Virus record (IMG/VR): IMGVR_UViG_3300037483_000053
Coordinates: 1-39,342 of that record
DNA from: a virus
Lineage: Duplodnaviria > Caudoviricetes
DNA: 39,342 nt
Strand: one strand, 5' to 3'
In this document: positions 7,349 through 15,568 of the stretch, in pieces
Layout: the number at the start of each line of letters is the position of its first letter
How positions within the stretch are numbered: the stretch's first letter is position 1
Translations under genes and position numbers: made by a program
Notes under the pieces: generated by a model
The model's input: only the letters and a program-made list of their open reading frames with translations
Database searches by the model: none
What the model was told of the DNA's origin: nothing

Positions 7349-10165
7349 ATGAAAGAAATCATCAACCTGGCGCTGAGAACTGAATACACCTTCAAAAAGG
7401 TGTATGGCTATGCAGAAGATATAGTGAAATATGGCAATGTAGCAGTTGGAATAGCAGATTCCAATAATACATTTGGTCATGTCACTCTTGAAAAAGAGTG
7501 CAAGAAAGCAGGCATAAAGCCAATCTTTGGCATCAGGTTGATGGTTGTCCGTGATGCAACTGAGAAAGGAAAAGCTCGTCACCACGGGCCAGAATACATT
7601 TTCATTGCAAAGAATCAGGATGGCTTGAAAGAAATATACAAGTTGGTCATGGCTGCATATGACCAATTTCACTTCTGGCCAAGAATTGATGTGCATGATG
7701 TCAAGAAGTTAAGCAGAAATGTTATTGTAATTGCAGAGAACTTCTTTGATGAGACTCGCATTGATTATATTGCGCTTAGTCCATCAACACCAAAGTTGAT
7801 TAAAGATTTTCCATTGCCAAAGGTTGCAATAATTAACAACTACTATCCAACTGCCTTTGACAAACCAATCTATGAATTGCTGTCTGATGGCGGGTTTATC
7901 CATACATATCCACAGCATATTATGACAACTGCAGAGTGGTATCGAATCTGCAAAGATGAAGAAGCAATAAACAACACTCATGTAATTGCAGATATGTGCG
8001 AGCACTTCACCATTCCAAAGGCACCAATGGTGAGGTACAATGGCATGATGAAAATTGAAGTTGCTATTAAGAATGGCGCAAAGAAAAGAGGCATTGATAT
8101 TGATTCAGAGCCATACAAGTCACGCATGGAGCGTGAATTGGATTTGATTAAGCAGAAGGATTTTGGTGACTATTTCCTTGTTGTTGCTGACATGATAAGA
8201 AAGGCTAAGGCAAAGGGAATATTGGTTGGGCCTTCTCGTGGCTCATCAGCAGGCTCACTTGTTTGCTATTTGCTTGGCATCACTGAAATTGACCCTTTGT
8301 CATTTGGATTGATTTTTGAGCGATTCATTGATATCAATCGTGCTGACCTACCTGATATTGACGTTGACTTCCCTGATAACAAGCGTCAAATTGTAATCAA
8401 GCAACTTGTCAATGACTATGGCGAAGAGAAAGTTGGTCATATTGCTACAATTGCTAAGCTGAAAGCAAAGAGCGCAATTGGTGCATTTGCTAAGTCTCTT
8501 GGCATACCTCCTTATGAGACAGAAGGAGTAAAAGACGCAATCATTGAGCGCAGTGGTGGTGATGCCCGTGCGGCGATGTGCATAATGGATACATTTGAGA
8601 CAACTGAAGTTGGTCAAGTATTTATTGAAAAGTTCCATGCTATGAAGCTTGTTGAAAGAGTTGAGAATCACTCTAGTCACGCAGGGGTTCACGCAGCTGG
8701 TATTATTGTTTGCAATGAACCATTGACTGATTTTGTTGGTCGCAATACTCGTGATGACATGGTAATGGTTGATAAGAAGGAGGCTGAATATCTCAATCTG
8801 TTGAAGATTGATGTGCTTGGACTTCGCACGCTGTCAATACTTCATGATTGTGCAAAATTGGCAGGACTTGACCCACAAATTTATTACACGCTGCCATTGG
8901 ATGATGGCGATGCATTCAAGCTGATAACTGATGGTAGGTGGTCAGGTATTTTTCAGTTTGAAGGCCAAGCTCTGCAGTTTGTAACAAGGCAAATCGGCGT
9001 ACATGAATTCAATGATATTGTAGCAATCACTGCACTAGCTCGTCCTGGTTCAATGAACTCAGGTGGCACAAACAAGTATATCAAATCAAAACTTGGTGAA
9101 GTAAAGCCTGTTTACTTTGATAAGATTCACGAAGACATAACTGGTGAAACTTTTGGTGTAACTGTATATCAGGAACAAATGATGAATATGGCCCGAGAAA
9201 TTGGCGCCATGAGTTGGGAAGATGTGTCTGATTTGCGTAAGGCTGCATCAAAATCACTTGGTGATGAGTTCTTTGCAAAGTACAAGGACAAGTTCATTGA
9301 AGGTGCAACAGCAGTAAATGGTTATACAAAAGAAAATGCAGAGGAAATGTGGTCAGACATTCAGCACTCTGGCTCTTGGATTTTCAACAAATCACATGCA
9401 GTAAGTTATGCTCTGATTTCATACTGGACTGCGTGGGCCAAGGCGCACTACCCACTTGAATTTGCAGCAGCAAACCTTAACAATGCAAAGGATGATGATT
9501 CTGCATTGAAGTTATTGCGTGATATGGTAATAAATGATGGCATTGAGTATGTAGCAATTGACCCTGATGAATCGAAAGAAAATTGGTCAATTGCAAATGG
9601 TAAGTTGATTGGCGGTTTGACAAGCATCAAGGGAATTGGTGCAAAAAAGGCAAAGGAAATTATAACAAGGCGTGATAATGGATTGCCTTATACTCCTGCA
9701 ATGGCAAAGACTTTGTTCAACCCAATTACAATGTTTTCCTCTCTATTCCCTTGCAAAGATAAATGGGGCAAACTATATGAAAGGCCAATTGATTTTGGGT
9801 TGATTGCACCTCCAAGCAACATTGCTGATGTTACAAGCGGAACTTGTGTTGTTATTGGTAAAGTTATTAGTCGTGATCTCCGTGACCGCAATGACTACCA
9901 ATCAATACAAAAACGAGGTGGCAAAAAAGTTGACAAGAATCAGTTTTATTTGAAATTCTATATTGAAGATGATACTGATTCCATCATGTGCATGATTTCC
10001 CCACAAGACTTCAATAAGTTGAATGGAAAGAGATTGGCAGAAACATTGAAGGAAGGTGAAACATACGTCATTGTTAAAGGTGAAATACGCAGTGACTGGC
10101 GAATGATAACTGTTAAAGAAATACTTGATTTGACTGAATGGGAGAAGAACAATGGTGGCATCTGA
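7349..10165 (+). CDS. dnaE: DNA polymerase III alpha subunit (family C)
   Basis: PHP N-terminus (LRTEYTF..GIAD), RGSSAGSLV, FERF, PDIDVDF, HAAG, LLKIDVLGL, FQFE, YQEQ, FNKSHA. Confidence 0.96.
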   Translation: MKEIINLALRTEYTFKKVYGYAEDIVKYGNVAVGIADSNNTFGHVTLEKECKKAGIKPIFGIRLMVVRDATEKGKARHHGPEYIFIAKNQDGLKEIYKLVMAAYDQFHFWPRIDVHDVKKLSRNVIVIAENFFDETRIDYIALSPSTPKLIKDFPLPKVAIINNYYPTAFDKPIYELLSDGGFIHTYPQHIMTTAEWYRICKDEEAINNTHVIADMCEHFTIPKAPMVRYNGMMKIEVAIKNGAKKRGIDIDSEPYKSRMERELDLIKQKDFGDYFLVVADMIRKAKAKGILVGPSRGSSAGSLVCYLLGITEIDPLSFGLIFERFIDINRADLPDIDVDFPDNKRQIVIKQLVNDYGEEKVGHIATIAKLKAKSAIGAFAKSLGIPPYETEGVKDAIIERSGGDARAAMCIMDTFETTEVGQVFIEKFHAMKLVERVENHSSHAGVHAAGIIVCNEPLTDFVGRNTRDDMVMVDKKEAEYLNLLKIDVLGLRTLSILHDCAKLAGLDPQIYYTLPLDDGDAFKLITDGRWSGIFQFEGQALQFVTRQIGVHEFNDIVAITALARPGSMNSGGTNKYIKSKLGEVKPVYFDKIHEDITGETFGVTVYQEQMMNMAREIGAMSWEDVSDLRKAASKSLGDEFFAKYKDKFIEGATAVNGYTKENAEEMWSDIQHSGSWIFNKSHAVSYALISYWTAWAKAHYPLEFAAANLNNAKDDDSALKLLRDMVINDGIEYVAIDPDESKENWSIANGKLIGGLTSIKGIGAKKAKEIITRRDNGLPYTPAMAKTLFNPITMFSSLFPCKDKWGKLYERPIDFGLIAPPSNIADVTSGTCVVIGKVISRDLRDRNDYQSIQKRGGKKVDKNQFYLKFYIEDDTDSIMCMISPQDFNKLNGKRLAETLKEGETYVIVKGEIRSDWRMITVKEILDLTEWEKNNGGI

Positions 10166-11252
10166 TGAATACTTGGACACTCTAATTGGCAAGCCATTAT
10201 TCAAGATGGACTCTCTTGGCGGCATCAGAACATGGAAAGTTGAAGTTGATTTTTTGAATTGCTATCTTGTAATTGAGCATGGAAAGGTAGGTGGCTCCAT
10301 ACAAGAAAAATATGAAGAAGTGGAAGAAGGAAAAGCAAGCCGCGATATATATGAACAAGTTGAGTCTCGCGCACGCTCACGGATTCGCAACAAGCTTGAC
10401 ATGGGCTATGTTGAAAGCATTGAATTAGCAAAGTTGCCAAAGCGCAATGTAATGGGCCTGCTGATGCCAATGCTTGCTCATAAGTCAGAGAATAATCTGC
10501 ACAAGATCAATTGGGGCAATGCATGGGCACAACGCAAGTACAATGGCCATCGGTGTCTAATAACAAATCAGAATGGCAAGATAATTGCATACTCAAGGAA
10601 AGGCAGAGAGATTGAGTCAATTGGTCACATAATTGATGAACTTTCTGGAATACCAGAAAACATCACACTTGATGGCGAATTGTATTGCCATGGAGTTGCT
10701 TTGCAAAAAATCGGAAGTTGGATAAAGCGCAAACAAGAAGATAGCAAAAAATTGAAGTATCACGTCTATGATATGGTATCAAGTGATGCATTTGAAGAAA
10801 GGCTATTTTTGTTAAGAGAAATAATTGATGAATTTGAGCATGTTGAGATTGTTCCAACGAGGCCAGTCAACCACATGGAAGATGTTATGGAATTCATGAA
10901 AATATTCCGTGGAGAAGGATATGAAGGATTGATGCTTCGCCATGGCAACTATGGCTATGAAGATGGTAAACGCTCTTACAGCCTTTTGAAGTTTAAGGAG
11001 TGGCATGACATCGAGGCAGTTGTTGTTGATATTACTGAATCAAAGGATGGCTGGGCAATACTTCGATGTAAGATGGAAAATGGCAAAGAGTTCTCTGTGT
11101 CTGCACCAGGCACTATGCAAGAACGCACAGAGTTGTTGCAAAACAAAGATGAATTCATTGGATTCTCTGTGAATGTTAAATTTGCAGAGTTGACTAAAGA
11201 TGGAATTCCATTCCATCCGGTTGCAACTGCTTGGAGAGAGGAAGGGGAATAA
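10152..11252 (+). CDS. ATP-dependent DNA ligase
   Basis: PMLA, motif I KYNGHR, LDGELY, YHVYD, GYEGLMLR, LLKFK, T.DGIP.HP. Confidence 0.93.
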   Translation: MVASDEYLDTLIGKPLFKMDSLGGIRTWKVEVDFLNCYLVIEHGKVGGSIQEKYEEVEEGKASRDIYEQVESRARSRIRNKLDMGYVESIELAKLPKRNVMGLLMPMLAHKSENNLHKINWGNAWAQRKYNGHRCLITNQNGKIIAYSRKGREIESIGHIIDELSGIPENITLDGELYCHGVALQKIGSWIKRKQEDSKKLKYHVYDMVSSDAFEERLFLLREIIDEFEHVEIVPTRPVNHMEDVMEFMKIFRGEGYEGLMLRHGNYGYEDGKRSYSLLKFKEWHDIEAVVVDITESKDGWAILRCKMENGKEFSVSAPGTMQERTELLQNKDEFIGFSVNVKFAELTKDGIPFHPVATAWREEGE

Positions 11253-11265
11253 TTGGTGCTTAATC

Positions 11266-11345
11266 AACCTTTCTAGATTCCTAGGATCTAGCCCTATCCC
11301 TTAGTAGGGGTCTATAGATTTAGCGTAGGAACGCCCGATTTAACT
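11266..11345. repeat. CTAG-rich, TG/CA-free intergenic element (copy 3)
   Basis: No TG or CA over 80 bp; CTAG at 11273, 11281 and 11288. Confidence 0.7.
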
Positions 11346-11364
11346 GTCAAAATAGGAGAATAAA

Positions 11365-11835
11365 ATGAATGTAATCAAGTTCAGCAGAGTTAATAAGAAT
11401 GACGAGAAAAAGTTGGTTTTCACTTCTCCTGCAACAGCAGGATCAGCTGGATTTGATTTAACTTGCCATAGCATCAAAGATGACCGCTATATGGATTGGG
11501 ATGTATCAAGCAGAAAGATTGCACTACATGGTAGTGTAACATTTGGAACGGGATGGTCAGTGGCCATTCCACACGGATTTGTTGGCTTGATTGTGCCAAG
11601 ATCAAGCGCGCATAAAAGCAATGTGAAGTTGGCAAATGATACTGGTGTAATCGATTCTGATTATCGTGGTGAGATTCTTTTGAAGGTTGAGTCAAAAGGA
11701 GAAGTTGGTCTCGTTGAAATGGGTAAGCCATATTTTCAGATGGTTGTTGTGCCTTGTTTGACTGCTTGTGAAGAAGTTGATTCGCTTGATGAAACTGTCC
11801 GTGGCAAAGGAGGCTTTGGGTCTACAAATGAGTAA
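11365..11835 (+). CDS. dut: trimeric dUTPase
   Basis: SAGFDL, PRSS, GVIDSDYRGEI, Q, RGKGGFGST. Confidence 0.96.
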   Translation: MNVIKFSRVNKNDEKKLVFTSPATAGSAGFDLTCHSIKDDRYMDWDVSSRKIALHGSVTFGTGWSVAIPHGFVGLIVPRSSAHKSNVKLANDTGVIDSDYRGEILLKVESKGEVGLVEMGKPYFQMVVVPCLTACEEVDSLDETVRGKGGFGSTNE

Positions 11836-12028
11836 ATTTAACTTCAAAGCAGAAGTAACAGGCCCATCTAATGATGGTTATGGTTACAACATCATCAATG
11901 TTAACACAGGTAATGTTGAGATAGTTGGTTGGAGAGTTGGCAGCAAAGAAGAGGTTAAAAAACACGCAGATGATTTTGCGCATAATGCTGCAATTCGACT
12001 TAGCCACGCTAAGGTGAATAAATTTTGA
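11828..12028 (+). CDS. hypothetical protein
   Basis: ATG at 11828 overlaps the dut 3' end with a GGAGG upstream; last gene before the hairpin. Confidence 0.6.
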   Translation: MSKFNFKAEVTGPSNDGYGYNIINVNTGNVEIVGWRVGSKEEVKKHADDFAHNAAIRLSHAKVNKF

Positions 12029-12039
12029 TATTTAGATGT

Positions 12040-12069
12040 GTTATAGGCGGCTTTTCAGCCGCCTATAAC
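12040..12069. terminator. hairpin between the convergent replication and late operons
   Basis: 12-bp stem GTTATAGGCGGC-TTTTCA-GCCGCCTATAAC; U-tracts are weak. Confidence 0.65.
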
Positions 12070-12175
12070 GCCCTAGGTTCGATTCTGTCCTCTACCCTAT
12101 ACCTACCCCTAGCCTCACCTATATAAACGCCTCCTAGATAGGCTATAGCTAGTTCTAGGGATACTCTAAACGCTT
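12070..12175. repeat. CTAG-rich, TG/CA-poor intergenic element (copy 4)
   Basis: Core CCCTATACCTACCC at 12095-12108 (reverse complement at 24496-24509); AAACGCCTCCTAGATAG at 12125-12141. Confidence 0.8.
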
Positions 12176-12178
12176 GTC

Positions 12179-12400
12179 CTACCTTGTCCCAATTGCTGAC
12201 TCTCTGCACTTGTAATATGTCCCTGCAACCTCAGCCAATTTTTCACTTGTTGCGCCAAATGAATCATCAGTCAACTCCCCCAGTGATGCTGGGCAACTTG
12301 CCACTACCAACCCCTGGTCCACGCAGCGCGTCGTTAAGCAGCTGCAACCCGATAGGAGTATGGCGGCAGTCAATATAAATAGGCTCCTTAATTGTTTCAC
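12179..12400 (-). CDS. o-spanin (Rz1-like outer-membrane lipoprotein)
   Basis: Lipobox LLSG/C; overlaps the 3' part of the i-spanin in another frame; C-terminal Y..C. Confidence 0.8.
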   Translation of the reverse strand: MKQLRSLFILTAAILLSGCSCLTTRCVDQGLVVASCPASLGELTDDSFGATSEKLAEVAGTYYKCRESAIGTR

Positions 12401-12611
12401 GTCGAATCTCCCGATTGATTGTTGTGTGCTTTATCTCTAGCTTTGCTATTGCATCAGCAGCTGCATCACTCGCTGCCTTTTGGACATTTTTTATTATGAC
12501 TTGCTCTTGAGCTTGATTGCCTTTTTCCCACTCAATGCCAATATATGTTCCAATAGCAAATGCAGAAAACATTGCAAGCAATCCAATACCAAGAAGTCCT
12601 ATTTTAGGCAT
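12267..12611 (-). CDS. i-spanin (Rz-like)
   Basis: N-terminal TM helix, helical periplasmic part, P.Y.DC motif; lies after the endolysin. Confidence 0.8.
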   Translation of the reverse strand: MPKIGLLGIGLLAMFSAFAIGTYIGIEWEKGNQAQEQVIIKNVQKAASDAAADAIAKLEIKHTTINREIRRETIKEPIYIDCRHTPIGLQLLNDALRGPGVGSGKLPSITGGVD

Positions 12612-12909
12612 TTATTTTACCTCCTGCTCTTTTTCCAGCGGTATCAGCAATTGAGTTTGACATATAACCAACCCCAAATGCATTCAAAGAAGATAACTCA
12701 TTCATACTATGTAGAATTACCAACCCAATAATCATACCAATTAAACAAAATATGCTTTGGTATGGGTGCTCTATCCAATATCCACGCAATGAGATGAATC
12801 TGCATTCTTCTTTGTGTATTCTTGCCATATCCTTTAGAAAATGTGTTAGCAATCCAAGTAGAGACATGAATAGAGGATCAGTAATATATGGCAACAATTT
12901 ATCAATCAT
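12604..12909 (-). CDS. small membrane protein (holin- or antiholin-like)
   Basis: 2-3 hydrophobic segments and a basic C-terminus; ATG at 12909 directly follows the endolysin stop. Confidence 0.55.
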   Translation of the reverse strand: MIDKLLPYITDPLFMSLLGLLTHFLKDMARIHKEECRFISLRGYWIEHPYQSIFCLIGMIIGLVILHSMNELSSLNAFGVGYMSNSIADTAGKRAGGKINA

Positions 12910-12910
12910 G

Positions 12911-13333
12911 TCAATCCACCAATTCAATGTGTGGGCAATCCCAACCATAGTGAATTCCTTCACTAGGATTATTTTTTCTTGGCCACAATCCACCCCACTT
13001 GGCTTTGTATCCTAGCGTTGAAGCTGCCTGAAGATGCGCTGCTGCAACCATTGCCAAATGCTCAGACTTCCAACTTGCTTTGCCATCTACAAAGGCATAA
13101 AAGTCAAGTGCTTTACCAGTTTGGTGATTCGACTTTACTTTATATCCATCGCAATATGGCGATGAACCATCAATGTGCAATTGGTGTTGTTCTTCTGCAG
13201 TTCTAAGGCCACTGTATGGACCGTGGCCGAAGTCTACCAAAGTAATTGTAATTGCAAGATCACTAATCTCAATCAACCTCTTATCAATACCTGCTCTGTT
13301 TGTCTTTGATTTTTCACTTAATGAGAATGCCAT
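12911..13333 (-). CDS. endolysin, peptidase M15 family (L-Ala-D-Glu peptidase type)
   Basis: GLRT.EEQ, SNH.TGKALD, WGG.W, D.PH.EL. Confidence 0.9.
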   Translation of the reverse strand: MAFSLSEKSKTNRAGIDKRLIEISDLAITITLVDFGHGPYSGLRTAEEQHQLHIDGSSPYCDGYKVKSNHQTGKALDFYAFVDGKASWKSEHLAMVAAAHLQAASTLGYKAKWGGLWPRKNNPSEGIHYGWDCPHIELVD

Positions 13334-13460
13334 GATCTGTTTTCCTTCTTTGGTGCATTACAGTTAACTTGTGCTTTTGCTTTGCAGATTGCCAAGCTCC
13401 ATATATCCAAGCAACAAAACCAACCAAACCAAAGATCATCGAATATGATATAATGTCCAT
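13314..13460 (-). CDS. 48-aa single-TM protein in the lysis cassette (not in ORF track)
   Basis: Hand translation MDIISYSMIFGLVGFVAWIYGAWQSAKQKHKLTVMHQRRKTDHGILIK*; GAGGA RBS; fills the holin-endolysin gap. Confidence 0.6.
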   Translation of the reverse strand: MDIISYSMIFGLVGFVAWIYGAWQSAKQKHKLTVMHQRRKTDHGILIK

Positions 13461-13465
13461 GGTCA

Positions 13466-13786
13466 CTATCCTCTTTTTTCAAGGATTTTAACGAATAGCT
13501 TTTCAAGCCCAGTCACACCAAGACTAGCCAATCCAGCTGCAACTCCAACCTGCGCAGAAAATGATGCATTAGGTATTAGCAGCACCACTGCGCTGGCTGC
13601 AGTTGCAAGGCCGCCTGTTGATAAAGCCTTTGCAATTCCAATCTTCCATGTTATTCTTTCTGCACTTCCAATTATCTGTACAGTTGCAATAAAAGTGCCC
13701 AAGATAAAAAATATGCTTGCATTCACAAGAGCATCAACAATCTCAACGCTCCTTGTTGCAATTTCTTGTATTTTATTTCCTGGCAT
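13466..13786 (-). CDS. holin, P2 gpY-like
   Basis: Three hydrophobic segments with E.IT...IG.AL..G...P......G....L...G pattern; start MPGNK at 13786. Confidence 0.7.
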   Translation of the reverse strand: MPGNKIQEIATRSVEIVDALVNASIFFILGTFIATVQIIGSAERITWKIGIAKALSTGGLATAASAVVLLIPNASFSAQVGVAAGLASLGVTGLEKLFVKILEKRG

Positions 13787-13823
13787 TTCCACACCCCTTT
13801 TGGAATTGCAATATATTGTTTGA

Positions 13824-14315
13824 TTATTCGACGAGATTAAATTGAACTGGTACTGCATCAAGTGCATTTGCAGGGTCAACATCATATGCCGTGGCAGTGA
13901 GAGTATGCTTGCCAAGAGGCATGTCTACACACTGCCCACCTACCATGGCAGTCCATTCCTCTCCAGTTGCAAGAACTGGGGTTGATTGAATAGGTGCAAT
14001 CTCCCAAGTTTCAACACCATTGCAACCAGCATCAAATACAGCACCCCAGTAACCTTGCCATACATTTTCAGTATTGTTTACAATGGTAATTGATACCCAA
14101 ATTGTCTCGCCCCTGATGATTGTTCCTGCATCAACAACAGTAACAGTTGCGATCACAGCTTGGTGGCTACAATCGCTTGTGCTGCTGTCATTTACAACAT
14201 CAGCACAAGATATTCCAACAACTCCACTTGAACTTTCAGCAGGAGAGCTACCATTATTGCAACCAGCGATAACCAGTGCAATTGTAAAAACTACAAAACC
14301 AATTACATTTTTCAT
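13824..14315 (-). CDS. lipoprotein with a beta-rich (CARDB/Ig-like) domain
   Basis: Signal peptide with lipobox VIAG/C, Ser-rich linker, GE...VSITIVN...G.HTLTA pattern. Confidence 0.7.
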   Translation of the reverse strand: MKNVIGFVVFTIALVIAGCNNGSSPAESSSGVVGISCADVVNDSSTSDCSHQAVIATVTVVDAGTIIRGETIWVSITIVNNTENVWQGYWGAVFDAGCNGVETWEIAPIQSTPVLATGEEWTAMVGGQCVDMPLGKHTLTATAYDVDPANALDAVPVQFNLVE

Positions 14316-14336
14316 TGCATTACTCCTTTTATTTGA

Positions 14337-15326
14337 CTATGTAAACTTCCAATGATAAGGCACAACCAACACACCAGGTGGGCCAGCGCGATTTATTGGT
14401 GTGTTATCAATGCGTATAAAATCACCATGTATTAATTCATTTGGACTCACTCCTTGTTCATGCATTTCAGCAAGATTCCAAGTATAATCTGAAACTGGGT
14501 CCAACAAAACAATTGTCTTACCAGTTAGATCATTGCCAATGAACGGATGTGGTATCAGCAGCATGTCTGCCATCTTCATAGCTTGTGTTATCTCGATAAG
14601 CTCACGCCCAACAACACTGGTGCGTGGGGTGTAATCCTGCACTTCACCGCTCCAAACCCAATCAGTCTCACGCACATCTTTCCAGCGCCATCCACGGTCT
14701 TTAGCGTCATAAAAATCAGCACGTATGTCAGTTGGACCATTCAGGTGCCACGGAGCCTCTGGTGCTGCATATACAGCATCAGGGCATCCAGTGGCATTAT
14801 CCATTAACACAAAGATGAATTGACCAATTCTCCCATCACCGTGATCATACGGTGGGCAGGCAGCCACATACCGCTGCTGTGCTGACAGCGTCCCACCTAC
14901 ACCATCCTTTCCGAGGACAATTCTGGTTGCGTATGTTGCCGTCCAACTGGCTTTTGTAATTGTATTTCTGTAGCCACCTATAGTTGCAGTCACAAGATCA
15001 CCAGTAATAGGATCCGCCTTGATCTGTGGATAGAACCCATATGTGCCACCTGGCAGCGTGAGTATGGACATGCTTGTGGTTGTCGAAACAGATGAAATTG
15101 ATGTCTTCAACTGCGACTGACCGACTGCAGCCGCGGCAACCTTTGCCTGCGTCACCTGGGAATTTGCGATCATCGCGGTGGCGATGTAGTCATTAGCAAG
15201 CACAGGCGCACCACTTGCCTTTTCTGTAATGGCAATTGGATTATCACGCAATGCAGTAATTAGTGATGTTGTGATAGGACTATCTGGATCAATATCACCA
15301 TTTGGAATTGAAACCCATGCCGTCAT
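14337..15326 (-). CDS. tail fibre / tail-tip accessory protein
   Basis: N-terminus W..I....IDPDSP.T..L..ALRDNPIAI.E...GAP followed by short fibre-like repeats; follows the central tail gene. Confidence 0.6.
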   Translation of the reverse strand: MTAWVSIPNGDIDPDSPITTSLITALRDNPIAITEKASGAPVLANDYIATAMIANSQVTQAKVAAAAVGQSQLKTSISSVSTTTSMSILTLPGGTYGFYPQIKADPITGDLVTATIGGYRNTITKASWTATYATRIVLGKDGVGGTLSAQQRYVAACPPYDHGDGRIGQFIFVLMDNATGCPDAVYAAPEAPWHLNGPTDIRADFYDAKDRGWRWKDVRETDWVWSGEVQDYTPRTSVVGRELIEITQAMKMADMLLIPHPFIGNDLTGKTIVLLDPVSDYTWNLAEMHEQGVSPNELIHGDFIRIDNTPINRAGPPGVLVVPYHWKFT

Positions 15327-15329
15327 GAC

Positions 15330-15566
15330 TTAATCCTCAATTATTTCAATTTTGCTAACACTGCGGTCCATAATGAACCCACAGCGAATTGCAAATTTAT
15401 TTTCCCATGATTGCGTCATGTCATTGCATTTCATGGAAACACCAGCCCAATTAGTGCATTTTTTGCATGCACTAACACGTCTATTTTTAAAATCAACCAT
15501 TGGACACTTGATAACAAGTGATTCATCCAATTCGACATCAACAATAGGAAGCATATTATTCACCAT
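15330..15566 (-). CDS. small Cys-rich hypothetical protein
   Basis: CP...C..C..W.G...C pattern; tightly packed between tail genes. Confidence 0.6.
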   Translation of the reverse strand: MVNNMLPIVDVELDESLVIKCPMVDFKNRRVSACKKCTNWAGVSMKCNDMTQSWENKFAIRCGFIMDRSVSKIEIIED

Positions 15567-15568
15567 TA

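Noticed and set aside
10536-10553. Ligase motif I reads KYNG rather than KxDG
   Set aside because: The adenylated Lys and the other motifs are intact; KxNG is a tolerated variant among nucleotidyltransferases.
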